A stretch of 64,000 bases of DNA, taken from positions 6,477-70,476 of the forward strand of contig JAGAQI010000075.1 of assembly GCA_017622795.1 (NCBI GenBank), written 5' to 3'. This DNA comes from Lachnospiraceae bacterium (lineage in GTDB: Bacteria > Bacillota > Clostridia > Lachnospirales > Lachnospiraceae). How positions within the stretch are numbered: position 1 is the first letter of the stretch; every line of letters begins with the position of its first letter. This document shows, in pieces, positions 25,601 through 35,160 of this stretch. Under the pieces are notes generated by a model. The model ran no database searches and was not told where the DNA came from. It saw only the letters and a program-made list of their open reading frames with translations. A program made the position numbers and the translations under genes.

Positions 25601-26287
25601 GATTTTGATGTAAATAATTTCAGATTAGACGAGAATGGTTTCCTGGCATATTATGAAAATAATGTGAAGGTGAGCATGACCGGTATCGACGTTTCCAAAT
25701 GGCAGTATGACATTAACTGGAAGAAGGTTGCGGCAGCCGGCATTGATTACGCAATTATCCGCCTTGGCTACCGCGGTACGGCCGCGGAAGGAAATACCGC
25801 TATGGATCCGTATTTTGAGCAGAATATCAAGGGTGCCTTGGATGCCGGACTTCACGTGGGTGTATACTACTTCACTCAGGCAATTACCGTGGAAGAAGCC
25901 ATTGAGGAAGCGAATATTGTAATTGATGCGTTAAAGGGTTATAATATAACTTTCCCGGTTGTATATGACACGGAGTATAGAGAAGGAGGTCGTGCCAACG
26001 ATTTACCGAATGAGCTCCGGACGGCCTGTGCCAAAGCGTTTTGCGACACTGTTTTGGCAGCAGGATACACTCCTGTAGTTTATACAAGCACCAATTGGAG
26101 TGTCCTGGATTTAAATTTAGAAGAATTGACGAATTATGACTTGTGGTATGCTTATTACGGTAATCCGGAAGACTTATACTATCCATATGAATATACGATG
26201 TGGCAGTATACTGACAGCGGCAAGGTGGACGGTATTAACGGTGCCGTAGATATGAATATCAGTTTTATGGATTATTCCACAAGATAA
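22652..26287 (+). CDS. Fusion protein: GH127-like (DUF1680) domain, single TM, unknown middle region, C-terminal GH25 muramidase
   Basis: 1211 aa; N-terminal DUF1680/GH127-like block with CNCETC and WCCTG Cys motifs; KKEKKEKKKSRK then TM LMIVMLVVVLLLLLATGFFVAL; C-terminus GIDVSKWQYDINWKKVAAAGIDYAIIRLGYRG...GVYYF...PVVYDTE is GH25-like. Confidence 0.8.
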   Translation: MMIRDFALNAVELQDDYLKNAFRLEQEYLLKLDADRLLAGFYEIAGKTAKGKRYPGGWEDQDIAGHTMGHYLTALAQSYKATGDKKMLERLTYVVSSLAECQAESGYLSAFKEELFDNLEQGKQAWVPWYTMHKILAGLISVYQLTEMPAALDVAIRLGSWVSGRVNRWDETMKAQVLATEYGGMNDCLYELYKESGKIEFMMAAEKFDELPLFREIYNDNDILDGKHANTTIPKFLGALNRYITVGEEQEFYLDAARKFFDIVVQNHTYVTGGNSEWEHFGAPKILAEERTNCNCETCNTYNMLKLARGLFRVTGEKKYLDFYEGTFWNAIVSSQNPKTGMSMYFQPMATGYFKVFSRPFDNFWCCTGTGMENFTKLNDSIYYTRDNIIYLGMYVSSRLKEETLGIDIKMTADLPANPVVKVVVDKESEGETKLAFRKPEWSKNGFSVTRKGKNLKTEERGGFVYVSVDKGTTEIEAAFLPEVAIHELPDNPNVVAFTYGHLVLSAGLGKEEMVSSTTGVNVTVPTREIKIKDSLVITAGTVEEWKQNPDKVLVRQGNTLNFKLSGTDEDKNLVFSPHYARFEERYGIYWELVQGEEMIQKMPEKKEKKEKKKSRKTLMIVMLVVVLLLLLATGFFVALEVSEGFRNAVMNRFGSKQTSGENTMPTEVPIPTIAEYDNHGDIVVTVAPTEEPVRMVQSMSPEQLEKEVALANAGDLRGFTALIENRNGRQYLTFTNGLYKVSYKYENTPSIMSSIVLNEVIVSNGTKAETFYWDYYFESGEAVKLCPYVGDFCKNGREQLAFSFMEGKSDSYDTLHVVAGNTLQEYFVIRPENILGKLITVNGYLDVGQKVLADLTSDGRNYYVSLEDCKMDLAEEIYAVKPNSRLTYEISEEGIVLQSFVEVGEGQFIGRIRGNVIYNSRDVFRLTSPSFYAFAEDDYDDVDSMGIIQPVTEDQLYITRIPITAGNGERLLVRARQEIPFNDFDVNNFRLDENGFLAYYENNVKVSMTGIDVSKWQYDINWKKVAAAGIDYAIIRLGYRGTAAEGNTAMDPYFEQNIKGALDAGLHVGVYYFTQAITVEEAIEEANIVIDALKGYNITFPVVYDTEYREGGRANDLPNELRTACAKAFCDTVLAAGYTPVVYTSTNWSVLDLNLEELTNYDLWYAYYGNPEDLYYPYEYTMWQYTDSGKVDGINGAVDMNISFMDYSTR

Positions 26288-26305
26288 TTTAGAAAGCAGA
26301 GTTTT

Positions 26306-27403
26306 ATGACATACGACTATTCAGAAATTGTGCCATATTTACTTCACTGGTATGAACGGAATGCCAGAATCCTCCGGTGGCGGGAGGAACCGAAGCCGTA
26401 TTATGTTTGGGTTTCGGAAATTATGTTGCAGCAAACAAGAGTAGAAGCGGTCAAAGGATACTTTGACCGCTTCCTTGCGGAACTTCCGGACATAAAAGCT
26501 CTTGCGGAGGCAGAGGAAGAAAAGCTGTTGAAATTGTGGGAAGGACTTGGTTATTACAACCGGGTCCGGAACATGCAAAAAGCAGCTAAGCTGGTTGTGG
26601 AACAATATGGCGGTGAGCTTCCGGCAGATTATGAGGCATTGAAAAAATTGCCCGGTATCGGTTCTTACACAGCAGGAGCAATTGCTTCCATTGCTTTCGG
26701 TATTCCGGAGCCTTCGGTGGACGGAAATGTTTTGCGTGTGTTAAAACGTATTTCGGCAAGCTTTGATGATATTACAAAGGAAAAGGTAAAAAAAGAGCTG
26801 GAAGAGGACGTGCGGCAGATTATGCCGAAAAACCGGCCGGGAGATTTCAATCAGTCGTTAATGGAACTGGGGGCAACGGTTTGCCTTCCAAACGGGAAAC
26901 CACTTTGTGACCAATGTCCGGTAATGCATCTGTGTAAGGCATTTCATCAGGGAGTGGAATTACAGATTCCGGTGAAGCCTCCGAAAAAAGCAAGAAAGCT
27001 GGAAGAGCGTACGGTATTTGTTATAAAACAGGAATGTAACGATACATTGGAAATTGTCCTTCATAAGCGTCCGGATACAGGTCTTCTTTCCGGTATGTGG
27101 GAGCTTCCGAATGTGGAGGGCCATTTGACGGAAAGGGAGATATCAGTCCGGTTCCCGGAAGCGGAAATCAGGCGTCTTCCGGACGGAAAACATATCTTTT
27201 CCCATGTGGAGTGGCGATTGTGGTGTTATGAAATTAAACTGGCAGAAGCAATAGCTTTACCTGTGAACACAGAGCAGGGAACAAAATCATTTACTTTGCA
27301 GGAAATCAAAGAGCAGATATCCATCCCGTCTGCTTTTGACTGTTGTAAAAAATATATGGATGGAACAACGGAAGAACAAAAGAAATCGAGGAAAAAGTCA
27401 TGA
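26306..27403 (+). CDS. mutY: A/G-specific adenine DNA glycosylase
   Basis: 365 aa; HhH-GPD (LPGIGSYTAGAIASIAFG), 4Fe-4S Cys cluster CLPNGKPLCDQCPVMHLC, NUDIX-like C-terminal domain. Confidence 0.9.
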   Translation: MTYDYSEIVPYLLHWYERNARILRWREEPKPYYVWVSEIMLQQTRVEAVKGYFDRFLAELPDIKALAEAEEEKLLKLWEGLGYYNRVRNMQKAAKLVVEQYGGELPADYEALKKLPGIGSYTAGAIASIAFGIPEPSVDGNVLRVLKRISASFDDITKEKVKKELEEDVRQIMPKNRPGDFNQSLMELGATVCLPNGKPLCDQCPVMHLCKAFHQGVELQIPVKPPKKARKLEERTVFVIKQECNDTLEIVLHKRPDTGLLSGMWELPNVEGHLTEREISVRFPEAEIRRLPDGKHIFSHVEWRLWCYEIKLAEAIALPVNTEQGTKSFTLQEIKEQISIPSAFDCCKKYMDGTTEEQKKSRKKS

Positions 27404-29667
27404 ATCACAAAACAAAATCTATGTTAAGTCTGCTGTTGATTACAGTAGTTACCGTGGCACTGGCTGTTGTCAGTGTGGTGGGAATCGGTCCGGATAAGAA
27501 GTTTTCTGCAGCGAATATTAAGCGGGGACTTGATTTGGCAGGGGGCTTAAGTATTACTTACCAGACGGTAAAGGAAGAGCCGACGGTGGAAGAAATGTCC
27601 GATACCAGATATAAGCTTCAGCTCCGTGTGGATAATTACTCTACGGAAGCAGCAGTGTATCAGGAAGGAAACAACAGAATTAACGTAGATATTCCGGGTG
27701 TTTCCGATGCAGAAAAGATATTAAGAGAGCTGGGACAGGCAGGTTCTATCTACTTTATCCATGGCAGCGGAAATATTGCTTACGACTATGAACAGGGAAG
27801 CTTTGTTTTAGCCAGAACCATGGAAGAAATCCAGGCAGACGGTGATGTGGTGCTGACCGGATCTGATATTGCAAAAGCAGAAGCAATGATGCAGGATTCC
27901 CAGAATGGTGTGGGAAAAGAATATGTGGTTTCTCTGTCTTTAAATGACGAAGGAAAAATAAAATTTGCAGATGCAACAAGAAAGAGCATCGGCAAGCAGA
28001 TTGCTATTGTATATGACGGTGAAGTAATCAGTGCTCCGACCGTAAACAGTGCAATTACGGATGGTCATGCGATTATTACTATGGGAAGCTCCGATTTTGA
28101 TGAAGCGAATAAGCTGGCATCTACCATCCGAATCGGTGCCCTTCCTTTGGAACTTGTAGAGATACGTTCCACCGTGGTTGGTGCGCAGCTGGGAGAAGAG
28201 GCAATCAGCACCAGCTTGTTGGCAGCTGCCATCGGCTTTGCGTGCGTTATCATTTTTATGATTGCATATTACCGTATTCCGGGTCTTGCAGCAAGTATTG
28301 CACTTATAATTTATGCGGGATTAAATGTTGTCGTTTTAAATTTGTTTGATGTAACTCTGACGCTTCAGGGAATGGCGGGTATTATTTTGTCTGTCGGAAT
28401 GGCAGTGGATGCCAACGTCATTATTTTCCAAAGAATCAGAGAAGAACTGGCCACAGGAAAAACAGTCCGCTCTGCCATGAAACTGGGCTTCGGCAAAGCA
28501 CTGTCTGCCATTGTGGATGGTAATGTAACAACCCTGATTGCAGCGTTTGTATTATATTTCCTCGGCTCCGGCGGAGTGAAGGGTTTTGCGATTACACTGG
28601 CTATCGGTATTCTTCTGTCCATGTTTACTGCCCTTACCGTAACCAGATTTATTTTAAATGCGTTATACGGTGCCGGCTTTGATCATGAAAAATTTTATGG
28701 TATCCAAAAGGAAAGAAAGATGCTTCCTTTTGTAAAGAATTTTAAGAAGTTTTGTGCGGTGTCTGCAATTGTAGCAATTATTGGTTTTGTATCAATGGCA
28801 TTGTATGCTTCGAAGGGACAGAGCGCTTTAAATTACGGACTGGATTTTAAGGGGGGAACTTCCCTTAGTGTGACATTTCCTGACGAACTGACGGAAAAGC
28901 TGAACCCGCGTTTGGAAAAGACGGTATCGAAAACTCTTTCTACAACAGCGGAAATCGTGCAGGTTACCGGAGAAAACACCTATATTATTAAAACAATGGA
29001 GCTTACCCAGGAGCAGCGCGCAGAGCTTACCAATGCTCTGGTGGCAGAATACGGGGTGGATGAAACACTGATTCAGACCGAAAATATCAGTGCGAAAGTA
29101 AGCGGTGAGATGAAGGCGGATGCGGTGAAGGCTGTTATTGTTGCCACAATCTGTATGCTGATTTATATTTGGATCCGCTTTAAGAACTTTAATTTTGCCG
29201 GTAGTGCCGTTGCGGCTTTGCTGCACGATGTATTGATTGTGCTTGCCGTGTATGCGGTAGGAAGAATTGCCGTGGGTAATACATTTATTGCCTGTATGCT
29301 GACCATTGTTGGTTATTCCATCAATGCAACTATTGTGGTGTTTGACCGTATCCGTGAAAATATGGCGTTAGCGGCGCAGAATAAAGAAATACCGGAGCTT
29401 GCAGAGGTAGTAAACCGCAGTGTGACGGAAACACTCTCCAGAAGTATTAATTCTTCTTTAACTACGTTTGTTATGGTTTTGATGCTTGCTGTTTTCGGAG
29501 TAGACACTATCCGCGAATTTGCGGTTCCGCTTATGGCAGGTATTCTTGCCGGCGGATGGTCTTCCGTATGTATTACCGGTGGACTATGGTATGTGTTGGA
29601 AACAAAGGTAAAAAGACATTCCGTGGAAGAAATTGCAGGAATTGAGGAAGAAGAAAAAAGTTTATAA
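27400..29667 (+). CDS. secDF: Protein translocase subunit SecDF (fused)
   Basis: 755 aa; N-terminal TM plus periplasmic-type domain, two 5-6 TM bundles; start overlaps the mutY stop (ATGA). Confidence 0.9.
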   Translation: MNHKTKSMLSLLLITVVTVALAVVSVVGIGPDKKFSAANIKRGLDLAGGLSITYQTVKEEPTVEEMSDTRYKLQLRVDNYSTEAAVYQEGNNRINVDIPGVSDAEKILRELGQAGSIYFIHGSGNIAYDYEQGSFVLARTMEEIQADGDVVLTGSDIAKAEAMMQDSQNGVGKEYVVSLSLNDEGKIKFADATRKSIGKQIAIVYDGEVISAPTVNSAITDGHAIITMGSSDFDEANKLASTIRIGALPLELVEIRSTVVGAQLGEEAISTSLLAAAIGFACVIIFMIAYYRIPGLAASIALIIYAGLNVVVLNLFDVTLTLQGMAGIILSVGMAVDANVIIFQRIREELATGKTVRSAMKLGFGKALSAIVDGNVTTLIAAFVLYFLGSGGVKGFAITLAIGILLSMFTALTVTRFILNALYGAGFDHEKFYGIQKERKMLPFVKNFKKFCAVSAIVAIIGFVSMALYASKGQSALNYGLDFKGGTSLSVTFPDELTEKLNPRLEKTVSKTLSTTAEIVQVTGENTYIIKTMELTQEQRAELTNALVAEYGVDETLIQTENISAKVSGEMKADAVKAVIVATICMLIYIWIRFKNFNFAGSAVAALLHDVLIVLAVYAVGRIAVGNTFIACMLTIVGYSINATIVVFDRIRENMALAAQNKEIPELAEVVNRSVTETLSRSINSSLTTFVMVLMLAVFGVDTIREFAVPLMAGILAGGWSSVCITGGLWYVLETKVKRHSVEEIAGIEEEEKSL

Positions 29668-29733
29668 AGGTTTTATTTCATTTTGAACCGGTATGTGGTA
29701 ACATGTGTTCAGAAATAAAATTCGGAGATTATT

Positions 29734-30462
29734 ATGAACCTGAAAAATAAAAAAACTGTATTAGGCGATGACGCTGCTCTCTATAGCCATAAAGAGGATG
29801 TCAGTGAAAAAGAAAAATGGGAGAATATGAGCCGGAGGGAGCGCTTACGGTATTTTGCGGATTACTACCTCGGAAAAATTGTAATTACCGTTATTGTTCT
29901 GGCTGTTGTAGGCTCTATTGCTTATACCATGTTAAAACCAAGGCCGGAAACTGTATTGGCTGTGGCGGTGGTAAATGATGCAGTGAACCAGCCGGCGTAC
30001 GATGAACTGCAAAGAAAATTTGAAGAATATATTTCTTTGAATGCGGAAGAGCAGCAGACAGTTTTTGATACCGGTTATACATTTAACAACTATGATTACC
30101 AGTCATGGCAAAAGTTCTCCATGTACAACATGGTAGGTGATTTGGATGTCAGCATTCTGCCAATGGAATATTTTGAAGAATATGCCCCGGGAGAGTATTT
30201 TTCTCCGGTGGCCGCGCATTTGTCCAGCAGTCTTTACGGCGCATTATCAGAGTATTTACTGGAAACAAAAAAGACGGATGATCAGGGAAATCTGATACCG
30301 GGTTCGGAAACCGTATTCGGAATCGATCTTTCTTCTACCTGGCTTTATCAGGACAGGCAGCTGGAAGAGCCTATGGTGCTTGTAATCAATGCAGCACCTA
30401 AGAATCCAAACAATATTGAATGCTTTTTAAATCTTTTATTCTTTCCTGATGATGTGAAATAG
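29734..30462 (+). CDS. Membrane-anchored hypothetical protein
   Basis: 242 aa; single N-terminal TM (IVITVIVLAVVGSIAYTML). Confidence 0.6.
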   Translation: MNLKNKKTVLGDDAALYSHKEDVSEKEKWENMSRRERLRYFADYYLGKIVITVIVLAVVGSIAYTMLKPRPETVLAVAVVNDAVNQPAYDELQRKFEEYISLNAEEQQTVFDTGYTFNNYDYQSWQKFSMYNMVGDLDVSILPMEYFEEYAPGEYFSPVAAHLSSSLYGALSEYLLETKKTDDQGNLIPGSETVFGIDLSSTWLYQDRQLEEPMVLVINAAPKNPNNIECFLNLLFFPDDVK

Positions 30463-30491
30463 AATTGCAAACGGAATAAATTTATTATATA

Positions 30492-30526
30492 ATAGATATG
30501 TCCTAGGGGCATATCTATTTTTCTTC
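30492..30526 (+). terminator. Intrinsic terminator
   Basis: ATAGATATG / CATATCTAT stem followed by TTTTTCTT. Confidence 0.6.
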
Positions 30527-30545
30527 CAAAACAAGGAGGTTATTT

Positions 30546-31493
30546 ATGGCGACTACAAAAAATAATACAAATAAATCAGGAAAAACAAATTATTCGGGTA
30601 AGGGTACAAGAAAGAAGAAAAAGTCATCGGATGATACTATGAAATTTTTATTGGTACTTGTAATTGCAGCAATTGCAATTGCATTGATTTTCTTTTCACA
30701 ATCAAAAGAAAATCCTGCTGACAGTAAGCCGACAGCAACACCGACTCCTGCCACTGCAGGAACTGATACAACAATAAATACACCTGCACCGGATGCTGCA
30801 GCCACACCTACAGAAGCTCCGGAACCGGGTCAGGATAACCGGGAGGAAACACCTACTGTTACTCCGACACCGCTGGCAACCAATACACCTATGCCAACAG
30901 CAACTCCAACTCCTACCAATACTCCAACACCTACACCGACTCCCGCTTTAAGTGTAACCGAGGCGGAAAAGGTAGTAAAGGATAAAGTGGATACGGAAGT
31001 ATATGATGTGCAGCTTGTAAGCGAAAATCTGGTGGTTGGTAATGGAAGATATTATCAGTTTGGAGCAATAAAAAATCAGGAATTTGTATACCCGTTCCTT
31101 GTAGTCAGTCAGGCAGACGGAAGCCTGCATTTTTATGATTCTACGGAAGGAACCGTATTTGATTTTTCTAAGTTCCCGTTAAAGGCTGAGGCAACTCCGA
31201 CTCCGACAGTAACACCGGCACCATCCGGAGTTCTCACGGCAAAAGAGGCATACGAGGTTTTATGTACTTACTCCAAAGATGCGTTACATATTGCTAAAGA
31301 AGTGAAAGAATATGATGCAGAATACGGAGATGAGTTGACATTTATTGATGGTGTGGATTGTTACCGCATCAATTTATCTGAATTCAGTAACGGAAAGATA
31401 AGAAACAGGGGTGAATTTTACATTTCCGTAGATGGTACAAAGTGCTACTATATTGACAGCGATACCAATGAATTTGTTGAGGCAGTTAAGTAA
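30546..31493 (+). CDS. Membrane-anchored protein with Pro/Thr-rich linkers
   Basis: 315 aa; basic N-terminus, TM LLVLVIAAIAIALIFF, PT-rich region, two small globular segments. Confidence 0.6.
   Translation: MATTKNNTNKSGKTNYSGKGTRKKKKSSDDTMKFLLVLVIAAIAIALIFFSQSKENPADSKPTATPTPATAGTDTTINTPAPDAAATPTEAPEPGQDNREETPTVTPTPLATNTPMPTATPTPTNTPTPTPTPALSVTEAEKVVKDKVDTEVYDVQLVSENLVVGNGRYYQFGAIKNQEFVYPFLVVSQADGSLHFYDSTEGTVFDFSKFPLKAEATPTPTVTPAPSGVLTAKEAYEVLCTYSKDALHIAKEVKEYDAEYGDELTFIDGVDCYRINLSEFSNGKIRNRGEFYISVDGTKCYYIDSDTNEFVEAVK
30726..30945 (+). repeat. In-frame Pro/Thr-rich low-complexity region
   Basis: Encodes KPTATPTPATAG...TPTPLATNTPMPTATPTPTNTPTPTPTP. Confidence 0.7.
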
Positions 31494-31529
31494 GACAGAA
31501 GTTACAGAGGATATAAGGGGTTAGCAAAC

Positions 31530-34500
31530 GTGAAAGAGAAGATTGAGCGACTTTCCAAAGGAATATTTGAATATGAGATGCCGGAACTAATTGTATCGGA
31601 AACGGAGCTCGATATTGTCGTAGAAGCCGGAATACGAAAAACAGGCAGTATCAGAATCACCAATGAAAAGGGTAAAAGAATGAAGGGAGTCCTTTATGTT
31701 ACCGGAAAAATATTGACGCTTGGCAGAAACGATTTTATCGGTGCAGAATGCGAACTGGAATATGATGTGGACGCTTCTACTCTGCAGGCCGGTGAGGAGC
31801 ATGTGGGCACAATCGATATTGTCAGTGACTGTGGAGAATGTCAGATTCCGTTCCGGATTCATGTATCAGAGCCGGTGTTCCGTACTTCTGTCGGAACTGT
31901 CCGGGATTTATTCCAGTTTGCAAATCTTGCCCGTTTAAATTGGAAAGAAGCAGTGGATTTATTTTCCTCGGAAGACTTTTCTAAGGTTGTGTTGCAAAAA
32001 GAACCCAAATATCGTTTGGCGTATGAGCAACTGTCTTTTTCCAATGATAAGTCCCAGGCGATGGAAGAATTTTTAGTACTGGTACATAAAAAGAAACGTT
32101 GTGAATTTTATGTGGAAAACGGTGTGGCAGAGTATACTGCCGGTGACCGTAACTTTATGGAAAGCCTTATCATTAAAAAAGAACAGTGGGGATATTTGAA
32201 TATCAGCCTGCAGGTAGCTGCTCCTTATGTTTCTTTGACCAAAAACGAAATTACGATGGATGATTTTGTAGGAGGTCAGGCGGAAGTTAATTTTGTTGTA
32301 GAAGCGGAAAAAATGAAACGGGGTACCTACTATACAGAAATTATCCTTTCTGCGGGGAGAAAAGAAATCCGGGTGCCGATTACCATCCATAAGCAAATAC
32401 AGGAAGAAGCTACGGGGCTTTTCGGAAAAAGTATGCACCGTCTGGAATACCGGCTGACAGAGTTGTATCTGCAGTTTAGAAACAATACCGTATCCAGTGG
32501 TAATTATTTGTCAGAATCGGCCCGTTTGATAGAGTCCATTCTCCTGTTACTGGACAAACAGGAAATGGAAAATACGGATCCTGCTGCAAAGACAGGAATT
32601 GAAGAAAAGAAATGTTTGTATGAATTGTATCGTGCGTATCTTTCTATCGTGGACGGAAAAAACAGAGGCATGGATGATTCTTACGAATTGATTTTAAGCC
32701 GAAAATCTTATTTTGAGCGGAATAACCGCACATTTTATTGTGCGGTATTGTACCTGGAGGCTATGAAATCCAGAGACAGGCGTCAAATCGAAGAATCCGT
32801 TAATATAATCCGAAGATATTATGAACAGGATAATAAAGAGGATATTATACTCTGGTTCCTGTTATATATGGATAAACGTTTTGAAAGCAGCAAATTATTG
32901 CGCTATGACACTATAAAAAAGCACTGTGAAGAGGGAAACGTCAGCAGTCTTTTAGCTTTCGAGGCTGCTTTGGTCTGGAATGCAGAGCCAATGGCAGTAT
33001 CGGAACTAGGAAATTTTGAATGTCAGGTGATGCAGTATCTGATTAAATATAAGATGGCATCAAAAGAAACGGCGTTACAGTTTGCGTATCTTTCGGAAAA
33101 AAATACAGAGAAAGACAAAGCATTAATCCGTATATTAAGGCAGTTGTATGAACAGTTTAAGCATAAGGACATTTTATTTGCTCTGTGTAAAAAAATGATT
33201 CGTAATAATTATTGCAGTAAAGAGGATCATCCATACTACAAGCAGGGGCTAAAGGAACAGTTGCGCTTGGATCGTCTGCATGAATATTATCTTATGACAT
33301 TGGATAAAACGGCAAACCAGCTGATTGATCCGCAGGTATTGCTGTATTTCAGTATGACAAATTTTACGACGGAAGAAGATGCAGCTTTCGTATATTCTTA
33401 TGTTGTAAGAAATAAAGATACGAATCCGGCTATTTATCGGGCTTATTTGAAAAAAATGGAGCAATTTGCCGTAAATCAGATGAAAGCAGGAGTTATTTCC
33501 GAATTTCATGCGGTTCTTTATGCAGATGTATTGCGGGCTTCCATCATTGACCGTGAAATGGCAGAAAAACTTCCGGAGTTGATTTTTACGTATCAGGTAG
33601 AGTGTAAAGATCATAAAATGCAAAGTATTTGTGTGGCTCATAAAGAAGAGAAAACAGTGCAAATGGTGCCGCTGGAAGAGAAGCGCGGTATACGACAGGC
33701 TCTGGTGAGAATCTATACGGAAAATGCAGAAGTTTTTTTGGTAGACAAGGAAGGAAACTATTATTTGCCGAATCGGGATGATAAAATGTTCCGGCTGATG
33801 CATGCAGAGAATTTTCTCGAAACCTGCTATGAAATCGGAAGTGATAATCGCAAGCTTTTGCTTCATATGTGGGAGAAAAACAAAAACTATAATCGTCACG
33901 ACGACCTGATGATAGAACTTCAAAAACAAATTTCACAAATGGAAGATATCAGGGAAGAAGTGCAGAACAACTGTGTTGTAGCTTTGGTGGACTATTATTA
34001 TGACCACTATAATGTGGAACTTTTGGAATCCTACCTAAATGCGGTCAATTTAAAACTTCTGCCTACAAAAGAACGCGAAAAAATGTTGGAGATGATGATT
34101 CTTCGTGACATGTATGACAAAGTTATTGAGAGCGTGGAAATTTTCGGTTGTTCTACCGGAATGCAGGCAAAACGTCTTTCTAAGCTTTGCGTCCGGGGCA
34201 TTGCTTCTTCACGTGAAGAAAAAGACCGTGCGACGCTTTTGACCATGGGTTTTTATGCATTCCGCTACGGACGGGTGGAAGAAAGATTACTGCAATATCT
34301 GGTTGACCGATATAACGGCACTACCGGTGACATGTGTGAACTATGGAAAGCGGCAAAAGAAAGAGAATTGGAAACAACCAGTCTGGAAGAGCGTCTGCTG
34401 GCGCAAATGTTGTTTGCGGAAAGCTACGTGGAAGATTCCTTTGCAGTTTTTGTAAGTTATTGCGGAAGCGGCTTAAACCGCAAACTTATCCGCTCTTATT

Positions 34501-35144
34501 TCTCCTATTGCGCATATAAATATTTTGTGAAAGACCGGATGACTAATACGGAACTATTTGAAATGCTGAAAAAAGAGTCTTTTTTGGAAAACAATCAGAT
34601 TTGTATTTTAGCATTGTTAAAGTATTATGCTCAAAAAGCCACATTGGTGGAAGCGGAAAAGGCCTTTGTTAATTTCCATATTCAAAGATTAGTGCAGAAA
34701 AAGCTTATTTTTGGTTTCTACAAGGAATTTGAAGGGAAGATTGCTTTACCTGCTTATATGCTGGATAAGTATTTTGTGGAGTATAGGACAAATCCGGAGC
34801 ATAAGCTGACGATTCACTATTCCTGCGGCATGGAAGATGAAGAATTAAAAGCAGAGGAAATGACAGATGCCGGATACGGTATTTTTGAAAAGGAACTGAT
34901 TTTATTCTATGGTGAGAGCCTGCAGTATTTTATAACGGAAGAAAGCGAACGGGGAACCGAAATTGTAGAAAGCCGTATTATCAGTCATACAGAAACGGAT
35001 GTTTCTTTCGGGACAACAAAATACGGTAAAATCAATGAAATTCTTGTTACAAAAGAACTGCAGGACGAAAAGACCCTGTATAGTCTGTTAGAGCAGTATT
35101 ATAAAGAGGAGTATGCGATAAAACGGCATTTTACACCGCTGTAA
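31530..35144 (+). CDS. Large (1204 aa) hypothetical protein, first gene of a tight four-gene operon
   Basis: GTG start behind AAGGGG; N-terminal beta-rich segments, then a long helical-repeat-like region; no catalytic motif recognised. Confidence 0.7.
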   Translation: MKEKIERLSKGIFEYEMPELIVSETELDIVVEAGIRKTGSIRITNEKGKRMKGVLYVTGKILTLGRNDFIGAECELEYDVDASTLQAGEEHVGTIDIVSDCGECQIPFRIHVSEPVFRTSVGTVRDLFQFANLARLNWKEAVDLFSSEDFSKVVLQKEPKYRLAYEQLSFSNDKSQAMEEFLVLVHKKKRCEFYVENGVAEYTAGDRNFMESLIIKKEQWGYLNISLQVAAPYVSLTKNEITMDDFVGGQAEVNFVVEAEKMKRGTYYTEIILSAGRKEIRVPITIHKQIQEEATGLFGKSMHRLEYRLTELYLQFRNNTVSSGNYLSESARLIESILLLLDKQEMENTDPAAKTGIEEKKCLYELYRAYLSIVDGKNRGMDDSYELILSRKSYFERNNRTFYCAVLYLEAMKSRDRRQIEESVNIIRRYYEQDNKEDIILWFLLYMDKRFESSKLLRYDTIKKHCEEGNVSSLLAFEAALVWNAEPMAVSELGNFECQVMQYLIKYKMASKETALQFAYLSEKNTEKDKALIRILRQLYEQFKHKDILFALCKKMIRNNYCSKEDHPYYKQGLKEQLRLDRLHEYYLMTLDKTANQLIDPQVLLYFSMTNFTTEEDAAFVYSYVVRNKDTNPAIYRAYLKKMEQFAVNQMKAGVISEFHAVLYADVLRASIIDREMAEKLPELIFTYQVECKDHKMQSICVAHKEEKTVQMVPLEEKRGIRQALVRIYTENAEVFLVDKEGNYYLPNRDDKMFRLMHAENFLETCYEIGSDNRKLLLHMWEKNKNYNRHDDLMIELQKQISQMEDIREEVQNNCVVALVDYYYDHYNVELLESYLNAVNLKLLPTKEREKMLEMMILRDMYDKVIESVEIFGCSTGMQAKRLSKLCVRGIASSREEKDRATLLTMGFYAFRYGRVEERLLQYLVDRYNGTTGDMCELWKAAKERELETTSLEERLLAQMLFAESYVEDSFAVFVSYCGSGLNRKLIRSYFSYCAYKYFVKDRMTNTELFEMLKKESFLENNQICILALLKYYAQKATLVEAEKAFVNFHIQRLVQKKLIFGFYKEFEGKIALPAYMLDKYFVEYRTNPEHKLTIHYSCGMEDEELKAEEMTDAGYGIFEKELILFYGESLQYFITEESERGTEIVESRIISHTETDVSFGTTKYGKINEILVTKELQDEKTLYSLLEQYYKEEYAIKRHFTPL

Positions 35145-35160
35145 GCAAAGGAGTAATAGT

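Noticed and set aside
33249-33929. A 226-aa antisense ORF inside the 1204-aa gene; similar long antisense ORFs at 51-437, 43515-44129, 46709-47104, 19262-19723 and 24418-24873
   Set aside because: All lie fully within well-supported sense-strand genes. They have low-complexity or odd composition and no RBS or motifs, which is typical of shadow ORFs.
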